DNA of 63,996 bases, counting the filler, from Basidiobolus ranarum (Eukaryota), in assembly GCA_040143965.1 (NCBI GenBank). It is 3 parts of 3 records of this genome, joined end to end, with 100 filler letters (N's around TTAATTAATTAA, not from the genome) between each part and the next. Parts side by side here need not be neighbours in the genome. Positions count along the whole stretch, not along the records: positions 1 to 23,564 come from JASJQH010000164.1; 2 more parts are not named here. One strand, given 5' to 3'. Positions 1-13,749 of the stretch are shown in pieces (the stretch's first letter is position 1; every line of letters starts with the position of its first letter). The notes under the pieces were generated by a model that searched no databases, was not told the DNA's origin, and saw only the letters and a list, made by a program, of their open reading frames with translations. The position numbers and the translations under genes are program-made.

Positions 1-2814
1 ACTGTAGGAATACCAATGCTTTGAGAGGTGATTTTAAATTATGGTAATTTTGACTCTAAAAGGCCACTATTGGATTTGGGTATAGATCGATATACAACGA
101 AATATGATCACCTTAAATGGTGCACTAAATGAGGTCAAGTCAAGGATACATATGCTAAGTGCGTGCTTGCCAATGTAAACTCCTCATCTTCTAGTTCGTT
201 TCGTTATACAAGTGAGAGGTCAACCTTCTGCCATTCACAAGAATATCAAAAATAACAAACCGAGGGAGACTAGAATATTCAATAACCAGTATATGGGATT
301 CACTTGACCTCATCGATTGCCAAATACTGTTAGTAGTAGTGATTTTCACCCAATTCCTGATAGTTGGCACCTTTATCTTGAATTTCCTGAAGACTGAATA
401 GATGAATGCAGCTCCCAAATCTACACATCATGAACTTCTGCTCATTAAGATTCCCAATGAAAATCTTAGTAACAAACAAAACATCCATGTGAATCCTGCC
501 TTCAAACATCCCTGATGCTCTGATCCAAGAGAAGCAGACCCCGCGATTCATTACTTTGCTTATCGATTAATGCGGGGACAGATCAAATATATATTTATAG
601 AAATACATATATAAAAAGCTAAGTGTGAATATCAAGGAGTGCACTCTACAATTCTTGGAATGATAAACATTGCAACAAGTATCTAATATGAGAAAAGCAG
701 AGATGGTTTATATAAAGTCAAATGAAAATACACGAGTGCAAATTAATGGCACAAACGATGAATCAATATTACATCTTTTTCCTGGCCCTCTCGTCTTTAC
801 TAATCATACAGTGACACCAGAAGTAACACGCGAGGCGGTTGATTATTGCTAGCATTTTCATTTGTACATTTGAATGTGCTTATCTGAAGATTGAATTATT
901 ACCTCCCCCCGAAGTTAGTATGAGGTAATAGTCACTAGATACGTGCTCAGTACAGAACACCTCCAAGATGCTTCCAAAAAATATAGAGTATACGTTGCTT
1001 ATAATTTGCAGATTGTATATATATATATATAGGGTACTTGTGTGGACACTCATAAGATTAGAACAAAATATCTATAGGTCTAACACAGTGGCAACATTGA
1101 ATCTAGTACCGCTTATCTAGAGTACTAGAGTTGTTCTCATTCTCATTAATGGAAGCCTGTGATGGGGTTATATTCCACTCGAGATTCTCTAGAAAAGAGT
1201 GATCATCGACGATAAAACCGGTGCAAGCGGAGAGTATTATAACCCGGTTCGTACGCCAATTAATATTAACCTGTACAAAAATAGGCAAAGAGTTCTATGT
1301 ACCATGTAAAGGTCACTGTCTAGTGACAGCTGATCACAAATAGTGAGCTTATTATTATCAGTCAATCACAGTACCAACAAACAAATCAACAACTTATATA
1401 AAGATAGTATACGGTAAAATTGTTACAAATGACGCGGGTCAATTGCTAACCTGCCACCAGCAACCATATCTATTAAAGAAAATTTCAGCAGAATTAGGAT
1501 TAAATGGCTACTCTACATGGGCTTGATTGCTTTTTTGAATATTAATATCACCCCCACATTCTATGACATTGGACCATCACACGAGTGCCGCCGACAAAAT
1601 ATTGATAACTAAAAATGTAAAGACAGAGCACTTGAGTAATTGACTCAATCAAATCCTGTGCCATAATTGAGAAGATTCCAAGTGTTTGAGTGTTGAAGTA
1701 GCCAATAAGAGTCTCGGTAGCAGGGGGAATAGAAGCATAAAAATACGTAACCATTAGGTTACGGTAAACTATACAACCAACTTGACTGTGCTTGGGAATA
1801 TCAATTGCAAAAAGCGACTTCTTCTGTGCCATTCATGAAGATTGCTTTCTGCACTCCATCGTTTAGGAACTATATGGTTATATTAGCTTAGTATGAGTAT
1901 AGCGCAACTTTTGACTGTATCAAAATATGCCAGAACACTTTTAAGAAGCACAAATGTACTAGAGATATACTGATCACACTTTAACTCGGCAATTCAACAA
2001 TTTGACAAATACAATTGGTAACTGACAGTAGGGCTGGTGTGACGTAGGTCAACTTCAGGAGTAGGTCAAGTCTGCATAAAGGAAATGACCACCTTTTTGG
2101 GAACAGACCATCTAAGTAAAGATATATTTTTCAGTAATCAGGGAACCTACCAAGTTATATCATAGTGGTTATTTACTTTAGGTGAATCAAAGTAGGAGAG
2201 TGAAACCGTCTGATAACTGGACGTAGATATGGTAACTGGGGATGGAAAATGCGCCAAACGATATCATTAACACCTCTCCTTGCTTCATCAAAATGTCATA
2301 GCAAAGTACCTGCTTGAAGGCTGTTCAACCACAATTTCATGATGAATAATGTCCAGATTATGTAGCTCTGTTCGCCCTGTCTTGGTAGCGCCAACCGCTT
2401 GCTACGAACTATCTCCGATCGGAGATCACAAATGGGTGCACCATCGCAAGTCATCATCACACTACTGGAGAGATATAGCTGGGAACAATAGGAAGGCATG
2501 CAGAGTGCAAGTACTAAAGAGGTAATATTTCAAAAAGGTACAAAGCTGCATCTTACTGCAAGTTCAAGTCGCCACCTCAAATGTAATCACTTCTCCTTCG
2601 GTACTGTAGCAGTCTAAAATCAAATTTGAAAAAGTATGAGATCCCGGGATATAATGAAACTAACGGTCAAGATAATCGCAGGCGCCTTACCTTCTATTTC
2701 CATATCAATCATTGCCTTGCTTACGCTATTCTCTTATATAAGTCTCTTGGAACAGGTTAACCTGCGACTCCACTTTGTTAACCGACTTCGATCACACTCC
2801 TTGGCTACTTCCCC

Positions 2815-3879
2815 ATGGTCTCTCCAACAAATGACCCATCTCATACTAAACTTACACTATTGGCTTTTGGGAGCTCACTCGTGTGCTCTACACTTGTGGT
2901 AGTAATCTACTTGACTATACGATTTCAGTGCCGAGAGGTAGGAGATAGAGTTAGCTTGAGACTCATCACTTGGCTTTCTCTTTCAAACATACTATGCATA
3001 GTATTTCAAACTTGGAGTCGCTCTATTGAACCTAAGAACACTACATACTGTACATTTAGTGCCTGGGGCTTGATTTTCTCTAAATTGGCATTCGTGTTTC
3101 TATCTTGTTCAATCTCCCTGAACCTTCAATTCATATTTGTACATCGCCTCCGAAAACTCAAAAGGTTCGAATTCTGCTATATCTTCGTATCGATTGTAGG
3201 GGCTTTCATTCTAAGTATGGTAACCATGCCATTCGGGATCATTGGTTATACAGCCAGTGGTGACCCTAAGTGCTGGTTTCAGGAAAGGAGTACATATGGT
3301 CCAATGCTCTGGGAGATGCTCAGCTTTTTGATTTGGATAATCCTAGGACTGCTATACTGTCTAGGCTCATTTACCTGGATTTTTATTCAGCTATCAGTTC
3401 AACGAGAAAAATTGACCCGAATGCTCAATAGTGCCATTTCACCACAAGCTACCAGTCTTGCACAACATGATAAATTGGTCAACTTTACGGCAGCAAGGGT
3501 GCTATTTCAAGTTCTAGTGGCGCCAATATGCTTAACCACCTCTGTAATCCTGGAGATCCTCAGTTTTTTCGATCAAGAGGTATCTTCCGAGGTCAAGCTT
3601 CTAAGTCTGCTGCTTGTTAGTCTCCAAGGGATCTTGCTATTGATTGTATTCACCTTCGATCCTGCTTTGCGTTTAGCGTGGCTACAGATGAGCAAACGAA
3701 TGGCCAACAGATACCTACACGACACTAATGATACCAGTGTGCCCAATAGAAATCAATGGAAACGTCGTACGATATCCTGGATCATTCCGAGTACTCAAAT
3801 CTTAACAACCCAAACTGACTCAACAAATAGGCCAATTTCTCAGTCACGTAGAAGAACTGATCTAAGCTATTGGATCTAG
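2815..3879 (+). CDS. Seven-transmembrane GPCR-like protein (Git3/cAMP-receptor-like), single exon, 354 aa
   Basis: Seven hydrophobic segments. RVSLRL follows TM1, a Cys precedes TM3, KCWF lies in the ECL2 position, and FTFDP ends TM7. Shares these motifs with the ORF at 16420-17655. Confidence 0.8.
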   Translation: MVSPTNDPSHTKLTLLAFGSSLVCSTLVVVIYLTIRFQCREVGDRVSLRLITWLSLSNILCIVFQTWSRSIEPKNTTYCTFSAWGLIFSKLAFVFLSCSISLNLQFIFVHRLRKLKRFEFCYIFVSIVGAFILSMVTMPFGIIGYTASGDPKCWFQERSTYGPMLWEMLSFLIWIILGLLYCLGSFTWIFIQLSVQREKLTRMLNSAISPQATSLAQHDKLVNFTAARVLFQVLVAPICLTTSVILEILSFFDQEVSSEVKLLSLLLVSLQGILLLIVFTFDPALRLAWLQMSKRMANRYLHDTNDTSVPNRNQWKRRTISWIIPSTQILTTQTDSTNRPISQSRRRTDLSYWI

Positions 3880-4543
3880 TGTTGTATCTCATATTTATTA
3901 CCAAATCACTTATTTATTATTCCTACGTGTACACTCTTAATTACCACCGGTGGGTTTGCTTAGTTTGTTACCAGAGTTCTTCCAGTTTCCCCCATCAATT
4001 AACTGTATTCTTCTGAAAAACATCATTCACTACGTTAGGTTTTGCGTAGTTCATGTGTTCTATGGATTTCATTACAACTCTTTTATACTTGGATCTCTAT
4101 AGACTTATATATATTAAAAAATGTGTGCTTGAAGTATTCCATACTTTGAGCTCCCAAAGGTGTATAGCTTACTTTAACTCGAGCCTCAACTGTACTAGCC
4201 CTGGGGGAATTTAAATTTATATACAATCATGCTATTTTTCTAGCTCTCCGTAAGTCTCATTGATATCTATATTAGTTGTGAGGTTTGATTGGTGAACCAT
4301 ATTACCTTGACTTTAGTTCAAAAATAAGGCTAGTTTGGGTTGAAATGGGATCTATGTGGCTGAGTCGGTAGTTTTGGAGAAAATGCCATGATACCCGAAA
4401 TTTCAAAATTCAGTGTGTGACAACACCATGGCGTCATCCATAACTTGGTACTTACTCTTCAAGATATGTCATTAAATAAATTCCATTCCTATCTCTCTTC
4501 TTTATAACCTTTTTATCAACAAGTTAAATCAATCACTTTAATC

Positions 4544-5894
4544 ATGTCTATATCCTTGGCGACTTTACCTCACGAAGTACTAGGTGAAATACTCGAATTT
4601 CTCCCTATCACCGAGTTTACTCGTCTAAGTGCAGTATCTAAGGGATTACATAACATCCTTGAAGATGAAAACCTTTGGAGACAACGCTGTTATAAAGAAT
4701 TTAACATCTCTTTAACTCAAACTTTTCGTAAGGTTAAATGGAAAACTCTATATAAGGCTTTGAATAATCCCTCGGTATACACTTGGGGTGAAGCTAGCCG
4801 AGGTCGTTTGGGGCGTGACCCAGAGAACTACAGTCACAATAGTAAACCTATGGTTGTTGAAGAGATGAATGGAAAGGGTGTCGCTCAGATTGTTTGTGGA
4901 GGTTGGTCTATGACCACTCTGACCAAAAAGGGAGAAGTATGGACGTGGGGCACTATGAACGCTGAGGCTACACTCACGTCAAACCCCGACGACTATGACC
5001 AAGAAGAACTTGGCAACGCCCCAGCCTCTTACGCCAGAATGATGAGAATAGGCCCAACTACTATAAATGAAACACCAATTCAAGTGGAGACTTTGAAAGG
5101 AAAAAATGTTAAATCTATAGCATCCGGAAGAGCACATTGCCTGGCTTTAACAGATCGAGGTTGGTATCTTCATGTTGTGTAAGATAAGAATTTTATTTTC
5201 TAAAGAGAATCATCTAAATTTACTAGGGGAAGTGTATCAGTGGAGATCTGTAACCAAATTACAAAAGATCGATCTACCTGAGGATACGAGGATTATTCAA
5301 ATTGCTGCTGGTTGGACACACTCGCTAGCATTATCTAAAGATGGCGATATATTTTCTTGGCAATCTGACTCACCAAGTATAATATCCAGAGGTACTGTGC
5401 CTGATCCCGCAGAAAATGAAAAGTATGTCATCATTGGCGGGGGAGAGTACTTCACCATTGGTCTCACGAATTATGGCAAAGTGTACAAGTCCGAAGACCC
5501 AAACGATTTGTCAAAGTTAAGTTTGTTCAATGGTGCTGTTGGTAGAAAATTCACCCACATTAGTGCGGCATTCCGTCGTTTTGCAGCTTTCAATGAAAGT
5601 GGTGAAGTGGCTATTTGGGAGGACACAGGGAACGAAGAGAAATACGACGAACTTCAACATCGTCAAGTAAATCAGGTCACTTTTGGTGATTGGCATTGTG
5701 GAGCGTTAACTGATGATGGAGAACTATATACTTGGGGACAACCCTCCGGTGGTGCCCTAGGGCACAATGAATCATTCCAGGTGGTAAAGCAACCAACTCT
5801 GGTACAGGAGCTTCAAGGCCAGTACGTATTCAATATTGCTTTTGCAGGCTGGCATTCAGCAGCTTTAGTTGTCCCTTTAAATTCGGATGCGTAA
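4544..5894 (+). CDS. F-box + RCC1-repeat protein (Saf1/Pof9-like SCF-associated factor), 2 exons, intron 5160-5226
   Basis: N-terminal F-box (LATLPHEVLGEILEFL...LSAVSK...LW) and RCC1 repeats (VYTWGEASRGRLG, IASGRAHCLAL, IAAGWTHSLAL, LYTWGQPSGGALG). A gttggt...tactag intron joins the two ORFs in frame. Confidence 0.88.
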
Positions 5895-6346
5895 CACCAT
5901 GAGCCACCCAAAATAGCCAGTACAACCTTTAAGCGACTCGAGAAAATGCAGCAAATGTCTGATAAAATTAAAGCACATCTTTGACTTGATTCAAAATTTC
6001 TATCGACTCTACTTTGATTTCGCGACCGAATGGTGCAATTGATATCTGAGTAAATGTTCTTAAATAAAGAGTCTCTTTCAGTGAATTAATTTATTCAAAT
6101 CCACCATTTTCTAGTATACAAAAACTGAAACCTGGACAGATTAATGATTAATATATATGTATAACATCTTGTGGTATCTGATATAATAGATGGATGTCTA
6201 CAATGCTTGGTATTATAGTCAGCTTCAAATGAGTATGGAGATTGTAGCCTGAGAAACATTCGCATCGTAATGATAATGGAAGGAGCAGGCGTCATCAGAG
6301 TGTGCGATGAAATGGGGCAATAAATAGTAATTCGATAACAACCTCT

Positions 6347-9300
6347 TCAAAGCCGTCTGTAGTTTAACCTAACATGTAATGAGCCTCTTACTACATCCTG
6401 CAGCTCTAGTTTGATCGCATCCATCTGGCGTTCTCCATAATACTCGAGCAAATGCAGACCTAATTCTGCTTGACCCATATAAGCTACAAATAGATCAGTT
6501 AGTTTAAGTGAAATTACTCTTTGGCTTCAATGTGATGGAACCCATAGAACTTACCTGGCTCGGCGAATTTTTCATAGCTATAAACCTGTAGATTCAACAC
6601 TTCATCCAAGCTAGTGACTGAAAACACTAAAGATTGATTCCACTTGGGATTAGGTGTGTATTTGATGACTTTGGTCCTAAGTTTCTGTTTGTCGAGTTTC
6701 AATTCTACATACGGACTAACGATCGTATTGTTTTGATCTGTCGTAGCCAGGTGTTCTCCTTCCAATACGGTCACTTGTAGGGTACCAATTGGATGGGCAG
6801 GCGTAGTGCCTGGGCCAAGAACTTGCCTCTCAATATCCAGATAATGGGTTCTGGCTGCTTCTAGCTCATTCATCCATTTTCGCTTGGTAGAGACACTGGA
6901 ACATTTCACGGTGATCACTTCTTCTATGTGGACAATTTGGAAGGTAGTTTCGTCCACACCAGATTGATTAAATCCTCTGGGCACCTCACGGGCGACCATC
7001 TCATTTAAGGGTATAGGATCACGATACAAGGGGTATCTATTGGAACCAACGTTTTTCAAACTACTTCTTGGAAATTGAGTGAGAAGCAGCAAATCGTTGA
7101 ATAAGAAAGCTTGAAGCTTCCTTCCACTCTTTGCTTTTACCAAGATTCCTTCCATGACGAATTGGCGTGGCCCAAGTAGTCTGGTATTTAGCATCAAATC
7201 AAGTTTTTCTTCAGAACTAGTGAAATCCACTAAGCTAGATATCTCCTTGAGTTTCCCCTCGTCCTCTCTGATCTTAGCGACACGATTAGCTTCGTGAAGG
7301 ATTCCTTCGGCTTTCTCAAGTGCTTGAGAGATATATTGATAATCGTCGTGATCCTTACTAGTATAATGAAGTATCTGTCTGAGCAATAGTGGATATCTAG
7401 TGATACGCTGCATCGGCTCTAGCAAGAAGCTAGAGAGGTCAAGGTTTCTACATTCAGGTGAACGCATGCAATCTTTCAAGAATTGGCAAATGGTTTGATC
7501 TTCGCGTTTTTTTTGTAATAGTTTGTAAGCGTTCATTTGATTTCCGCAATAAGCCAAGTATTGTCTGAATTCGTTAGAATGCTCTAAGAAGATATCTCCA
7601 ATATAATCTATCATGAAGTGATTGTCGTTTTGACGCTCCTCTAATTGGTTCAGGAACTCCGTGTTACAGTGAAGTAATTCTTCAATGTTTCCAAAAATAC
7701 TGACCAGTTCTTTTTCGGAGATCATCGATTGCATAGGCTCGTAGAACACATCCATAACGAGTTGCAAATCTCGGAGATACGTTTGTTCAGTAGAAATCAA
7801 TTCGAATATAGATTCTTGCCGTTTACGTTCCTCCGAATTGACCGAATTGGCGTAGTTACTACCAACGCATTGAGCCCATCTGCGAGCGCATGGTACCGAC
7901 TCCAATATGTTTGGGTCATTTAATGAATTCAAACTTATCGATCGTCGGATTTGTCTAGTCTCCAAGAACCTACTGGACGCACTTTCACTACCTCTTCTTC
8001 TGCGCAACGTTTGATTCCGTAAAAGCGCATCTTTTCTGGCTGTGTCATCGGTATCAGCATCTGTATCATCATCCATCGTGCCTGGCATGGTCAGTACAAG
8101 CTTGGGTGGTAATTGTTTTGAGAGTCTAGAGGGGCCTAATGCACCGGATTTCCCATAAGAGCTGCCCAATGCTGATGCAGAGTGGGATCCTTTTCTACCA
8201 AGTATTCCGGGATAGCTACTCGATGGAAGAGAAGATTTTCTCAACTGTCTTGGTGGGATCGATGATTTACGCAACTTTCGTTGAATGGGTAATTCTTCGA
8301 GATAGTTAGCAGGCACTAGTCCAGTGAGACTTCCATATCTTGCGAGCCACCAATCTGAATCGGACTTGTCAACTATGATGATCACCATCCCTTCATTCAA
8401 GTCCATTTCGTCTTCTCTCTGAGCAGTGTAATCGTATAATGCTTTGGCTTTGAGTATTTCATCGTCCGATTCATCTTGGAAATCAATCCAATAACAATGT
8501 TAGTAAATTCAAAAGATCAGGGCCTGACTAGTCAATGCCTACCATCAATCTCAGCAACAATCTCTACGTAATTACTAGGGAAATAGCCAGCATTATTAGA
8601 CTTATCAAGTCGTCCATACCACCAATCGCCTAATTTATCCACAGTTTCATCGAGTATGATGATTGATCCCTTAGAAAAGCTTAGATCATTATCATTACGT
8701 GCTTCGTATGCATATAAAGCTTTAACACGAGTCATTTCTGAATGGGAATTAAATGAGAATGGTAAGTGAGCGATACTCTCTTTACTTAATCCTAACTCAA
8801 CAGATACGTTACCTTGAACTCCAAAGTCTTCAACTGATGACTGAATATCCGAATCCTCAACATCGCGTTTAGAGGAATAATCCGAGTCATTGGCAGATGC
8901 AGCCCCAGAGTGTGTAAGTGTAAACTCTGAGTCTGATCTTGAATTAATGGGGAGAAGATTCTGAATGTTACGCTTACCACTATATGGTAGAGATTCAGTG
9001 GAGATTGTTCGTGGGCTATCTCCAGGCTTTTCTAACTTATTTGAAGTACTATGAGCATATAGAGGAACTCCCCATGGATCTTGATCGTCAGATGATATCT
9101 TTGCAGTGCTCATGGAATCGGACCTAGTAGGAATAGTCCATGTTTTACCAGAATCAGTTGACGACGTAGGTAAGATAGATTCTTGGTCACTAGCTTTGAG
9201 GATCCCCCGTGCGATATTATTGTTGCTGTCGGTGGATGGTGTGGGACTCGATGTTGATACCTTAGTATTTCCGATACTCGACCCCAATCCCAATGCTTTG

Positions 9301-11702
9301 GCTTTTGCACGGACTGATTGAGCCGAACTACGGAGCAATTCAAGTTCTGCCTCTCTGTCATTAACATTTGCTGTAATGTTCTCTGTCGCATTCGAGTCGT
9401 ATTTTGAGGTTTGGGTAATGGAGGAATCAAGACCGCGCTGTTGACGAGGCTCAGTTTCGAGCTTAGTCGATTGTTGTAAAACGGATACGTTACGTTTAGG
9501 CAAGCTATCCACAAATACACGAACTTCATCAACTAATTCTGATTGATACTTCAACCAATCTTGGTTATCTAGGGAACCTTTCTTAGAATCAAGAAAAGAT
9601 TTTTGAACTTCGGTTTCGATACTTTCTACTTTATCTTGGATCTGTTGGATGAGTCTTAAGCTCTGACTTTTCGCCTCTTCAATCGCTTGATTTTCCAGAC
9701 TGACCCTATGATTCCGATCCGAGATGGAATCACTCGATTTGTTAGAAAGTGCGTTCATTCTGGAGACTAACAGTTCAGCTGCGTGTTGCTTTGAATGATC
9801 CTTATCGTTTGATAAATGCGTAGGGAATACTTTAGAAAGGTCCAACTTACTCCCAGAAGAATTGGATTTCTTCATGAATAGATCCAATTTAGAGGTAGCC
9901 AGTTTATCATTCAATTGATAAGCCAAGTCCTTTAATTTACGTAAATCTTCGGAAATCTTAAAGAATTCCATCACCAAGAGGTACTTTTCATCCAGAACAT
10001 GAATAAGTTCTATTTGGTTATCTTTAGATTGATCGACTTCAATCCGGTTAATGGATGTTTGAAATTCTAGGATGGTTTTTTGAAGTTGCTCTATTCCCTC
10101 TTGGGAAGTTTCGTAGGATGGTTGACTCAATTCATTTAAAATACGCCGTTTTTCTTGAATCGCTTTTTTTAGTGCTTCCCGATTAATATGAGACTGAGAT
10201 TCTAGGTTTGTAGGCTCCTCATTTTCGGTGTGTTGTTTGGAAAATATACCCGTATCTGCTAGTGACTTATAATTGACTGCAGTAGAGGTGGGGTTTGGAG
10301 CAATCATGTTGAACAAATATTGTTTGTCTGGTATATTTCGAACGGCATAGGGTGTCAATTCAGCTGGAAGCATAAGGGGTAACTCTTTTCCGGCCAATTT
10401 CCCATAAATCAGGTGCATAGCGATAGCAAATTCTATATCATCCAATTTACCAGAACCACGAGTATCAGCAAGGTTCCTGAGTAGATAAAACTACGTTAGC
10501 TCAAGAAATTCCACACTAATCCATTCGCACTTCAACTTTGATCATTAGTAACATTAACCTACCATATTTGCATTAAAACGTTAGGTGGAAGTGAAGTTTG
10601 TAAAAAGAAATTTCTAGCAAGATCACCTAAAGGGGAGAAAGATCAGTCTTAGTGGTGTTAACTGGTTAATATCAACTGAAAATACTACTAACCAGAAATA
10701 TAACCTAAACGATTGGTGTCTAGAGTCTTAAATTTCGCTAAAAATTTGGCTTTATCCTCGGATGACATCTTCCAGGAAGAATCAGAAGAGATAGATGAAA
10801 AGGCAGAATACTTGTCCGGTGAATCGAAGCCAATAGGTGAACGAAAAGAATGATTATGCTGATTGCCTCCGTTCCAATCAATACCATTATTCTTGCTAGG
10901 ACTCTGGGATATGGTAGAGAAGGATGGTGAACTGGATAGGAAGCTGGATGAACCATACGACAAAGGAGTACTAGACAAATCTAGATTGTAGTTTGGAACA
11001 CTCGGTTGAATGGGAATACTACGTGATCTAGGCGTATGCTTACTTTTTTCCATTGCATCCTGCAACTCCCGTCGTAACTGATCAGGAAGCTGATTTGGTA
11101 CCTCTAATCCTTTCAGCTTTAAATTCACCAAGTACATTCCCGTGGAGAATTCTGGATAAGTTATGGTCTCAGAAGCTGAAGTATTGATCAGTTTCCTATC
11201 AATTCAAATCGTTGATTAGTTGGCCTCATAGAAAATGTACTGCAAACAAAAGATGACGAAGGAAAACTGAAAAGGAAAAGGTTGCTTATACAAAAGTCAA
11301 TAATTATTACCAAACACGAGCTAAAACATCCAGGTGCAATTTTGACTGCGAAAGAATCTCCTTAGCAGAATCAGCTATCAATTGTGTTTAAGGTTAGTTT
11401 TTCAAGGAGTTGAGAGAATAATAGAATAAAAATTCATCAAATACCAGAAATCAAAAGTCCATCAGGGTAACATCGTTGCGCAAATAGTTGCTCGTATTTG
11501 AGATGATCAGATGGAGAGATAAAAGAAACACGAGCTACTTAAACGTTAGCTCATTGAGGTGTATAAAATTTGAGGAAGCTATATCCTTACCTTGTCTAGG
11601 TATTGAAATAATGCCACAACTGTTATCTGTTACCGGAAATGGCCTTCCCAAGAACTCTTGAGGCTGGTTGGAAGTATTAAAAGAACCGAGATTGTTATAC
11701 AT
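6347..11702 (-). CDS. Intersectin/Pan1/Cin1-like endocytic scaffold: EH-EH-coiled coil-SH3-SH3-RhoGEF(DH)-PH-C2, multi-exon
   Basis: Manually spliced. EH1 (RVSFISPSDHLKYEQLF...VLARVWKL...EFSTGMYLV) and EH2 (AKFKTLDTNRLGYISG...LMQIWNLADT...EFAIAMHLI). Two SH3 domains (ALYAY...WWYG...GYFPSNYV; ALYDY...WWLA...GLVPANYL). DH (RQESIFELISTEQTY...LLEPMQRITRYPLLL), PH, and C2 (GTLQVTVLEG...PYV...NPKWNQ). ATG at 11702; the last exon 6483-6347 ends in TGA. Confidence 0.88.
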
Positions 11703-13749
11703 AAGGTGTGAAGAGGGTAAAATATCCTATAAAAAGATGGAATATATAATTCTTCTGACTCTAATGGCTCTCGCTAATACATAAAAATAGTGAAATAGAT
11801 GTTCCAAGAAACAAAGGCAAATGGCAAACTATAATACGGAAAAGTGAAAGCTGTATAGCAACTCGGTAAGCTTGAACGATATAGGAAACCAAATGGCAAT
11901 AAGTGTAATTTCACGAGTCAAAAACTATCAGTTGGTGGGTATATTTCGGGTGGTCGACTACAATAATAGCCAGCCTGACTAATTGAGCTTAAACCTAGAT
12001 CTCCCCTTGCCAATAGAGTTATTGGAATCCTATATGATCTTGACTATCATTCACTGGTAAGCTACAATATTAACACCAATTTGATTCCGAATAACTGGCA
12101 ATCTGAAAAATAGCTCGAATAATTAGTATAAATTAAACGCTTCATTGTGGTATAAACGATGAAATAAAAAAGTCCCAGAGTAGAAGGTATTAACGGATCT
12201 TGACCGTGGTGGGTAAGAATTCGCTAAATAGGAAACCAGCTGCATGAGTATTCCCTAATTAGTATAGGCCTGCATATATTTAGCACAGTGGCAAGGCTAC
12301 AAACGGGATTCGATAGTAAAAGTAAGAAAAGTTACTGAATGAGTCCATTTTTCCATACTAACAATCATGTGCATGCAGTGCTAAACTCTTCTAATGCCTA
12401 CCTTTTTGTGAGAAGAATTAATACAAGCACTTCATCCTATCGATGACCAATCAAAAGGCTTGGGGATATCGTTCACATGTTAGAAGTAATTTAGCGATCC
12501 GATAGATTTACTAAATTCAGGGTTAAGCGATATTTCTAGCTGGATCTTACATGCGTATTCATTTAAACCAATACTCGAGGTTTGAATTTCTCTCCACATC
12601 ATTTTCGAAATTGTAGCAATAGAGTATTGCATAAATCGCATAAAAATTGAAGTAGCGTGTATTTAAGATTCCTTGGTTAAAACACATTCAAGTTGGATCA
12701 AATGTATGCAATCCCAGTTGATTGCAACATATAGCGAGATAATTGTGAAATGCATAGAAACGGCCAAATCGGACTAGATGTGTCTTTTACACGGGTCTCG
12801 AGAACAGTAGGCAAGATAAAGTAAACGTAGGCTAATACTAGAGAGGGTGTAAGCTAATTTTTAAATTGAGATCAATTGAATTTGAATTATCCATACGAAA
12901 TTAGGCTGAGATTAATACGCCAAAAGCTCCTTTACTGGCTCCTCTAGAGTTCCACAGGCTACGTAATTTCATATTCATGTTGGGCAGTGTCTCAATACTT
13001 CAATACGATCGGTTTTGAGACCAAAAGCTACATTGAAGAGATCCTCTGAGTGGAGGTGTAGGTGCAGGTAAAATAAAGTAACTAACACTCCTCCAGATTT
13101 AGAGACATGGGCCTATTTAGCGTATACAAGTTGTAAAATACTGTGCTACCGCATACCAATGCGCAAACTGTTTTCTTCTCAAAATATCTTCAGTTCAACG
13201 GTTCTATCATGCAAGTGTGAGTTTTCCCGTAGATCAGTCAACACAGCAGAGTATATCACATAATCAGGTTTAAGTCGTATATTATGCTGTGATCGTATAC
13301 AAAGTGTACATGGGGAATGAATAATAAATCATATTTAGTGGAATGCTCCTATTAAGATTACTTAGTCTCGACATCAATTGAAATGCTTGTTTACATATTA
13401 GATAAAGAAGCAGGGTTCAATCGGCATATAATCTTGTGCTCTAAGATTTAGTACAAGGACGTGCTATGTAAATGAATTGTTTGTATTCATTTGTTTCCGT
13501 TTTGGCGCTTGGTACACCAAATACACTCATGAGATGGCTGAACAATATAGGATATGTAGATGGGTAAATCGAGAATCTTTGGTTTTATACTAGACAAATG
13601 TATACAAAATGCTTAATAAATAAACAGGTACTAGAGGATATATAAATGGTTTTTTGGGAGGAAGAAGGTAATAGAAATCCACATCCACATACGAAAGATT
13701 CTAGGTTACTTGGTATAGGTGATGTGAAGCCGATAGTAGGTTCGTAGGC

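Noticed and set aside
1016..1031. (TA)n microsatellite, with a similar one near 16197-16213
   Set aside because: Ordinary short tandem repeat in AT-rich intergenic DNA.
191..2499. Short ORFs in the first 2.5 kb, including overlapping 330-551 and 191-418 that could be a frameshifted relic
   Set aside because: No recognisable domain or consistent splice model; cannot be supported without a homology search.
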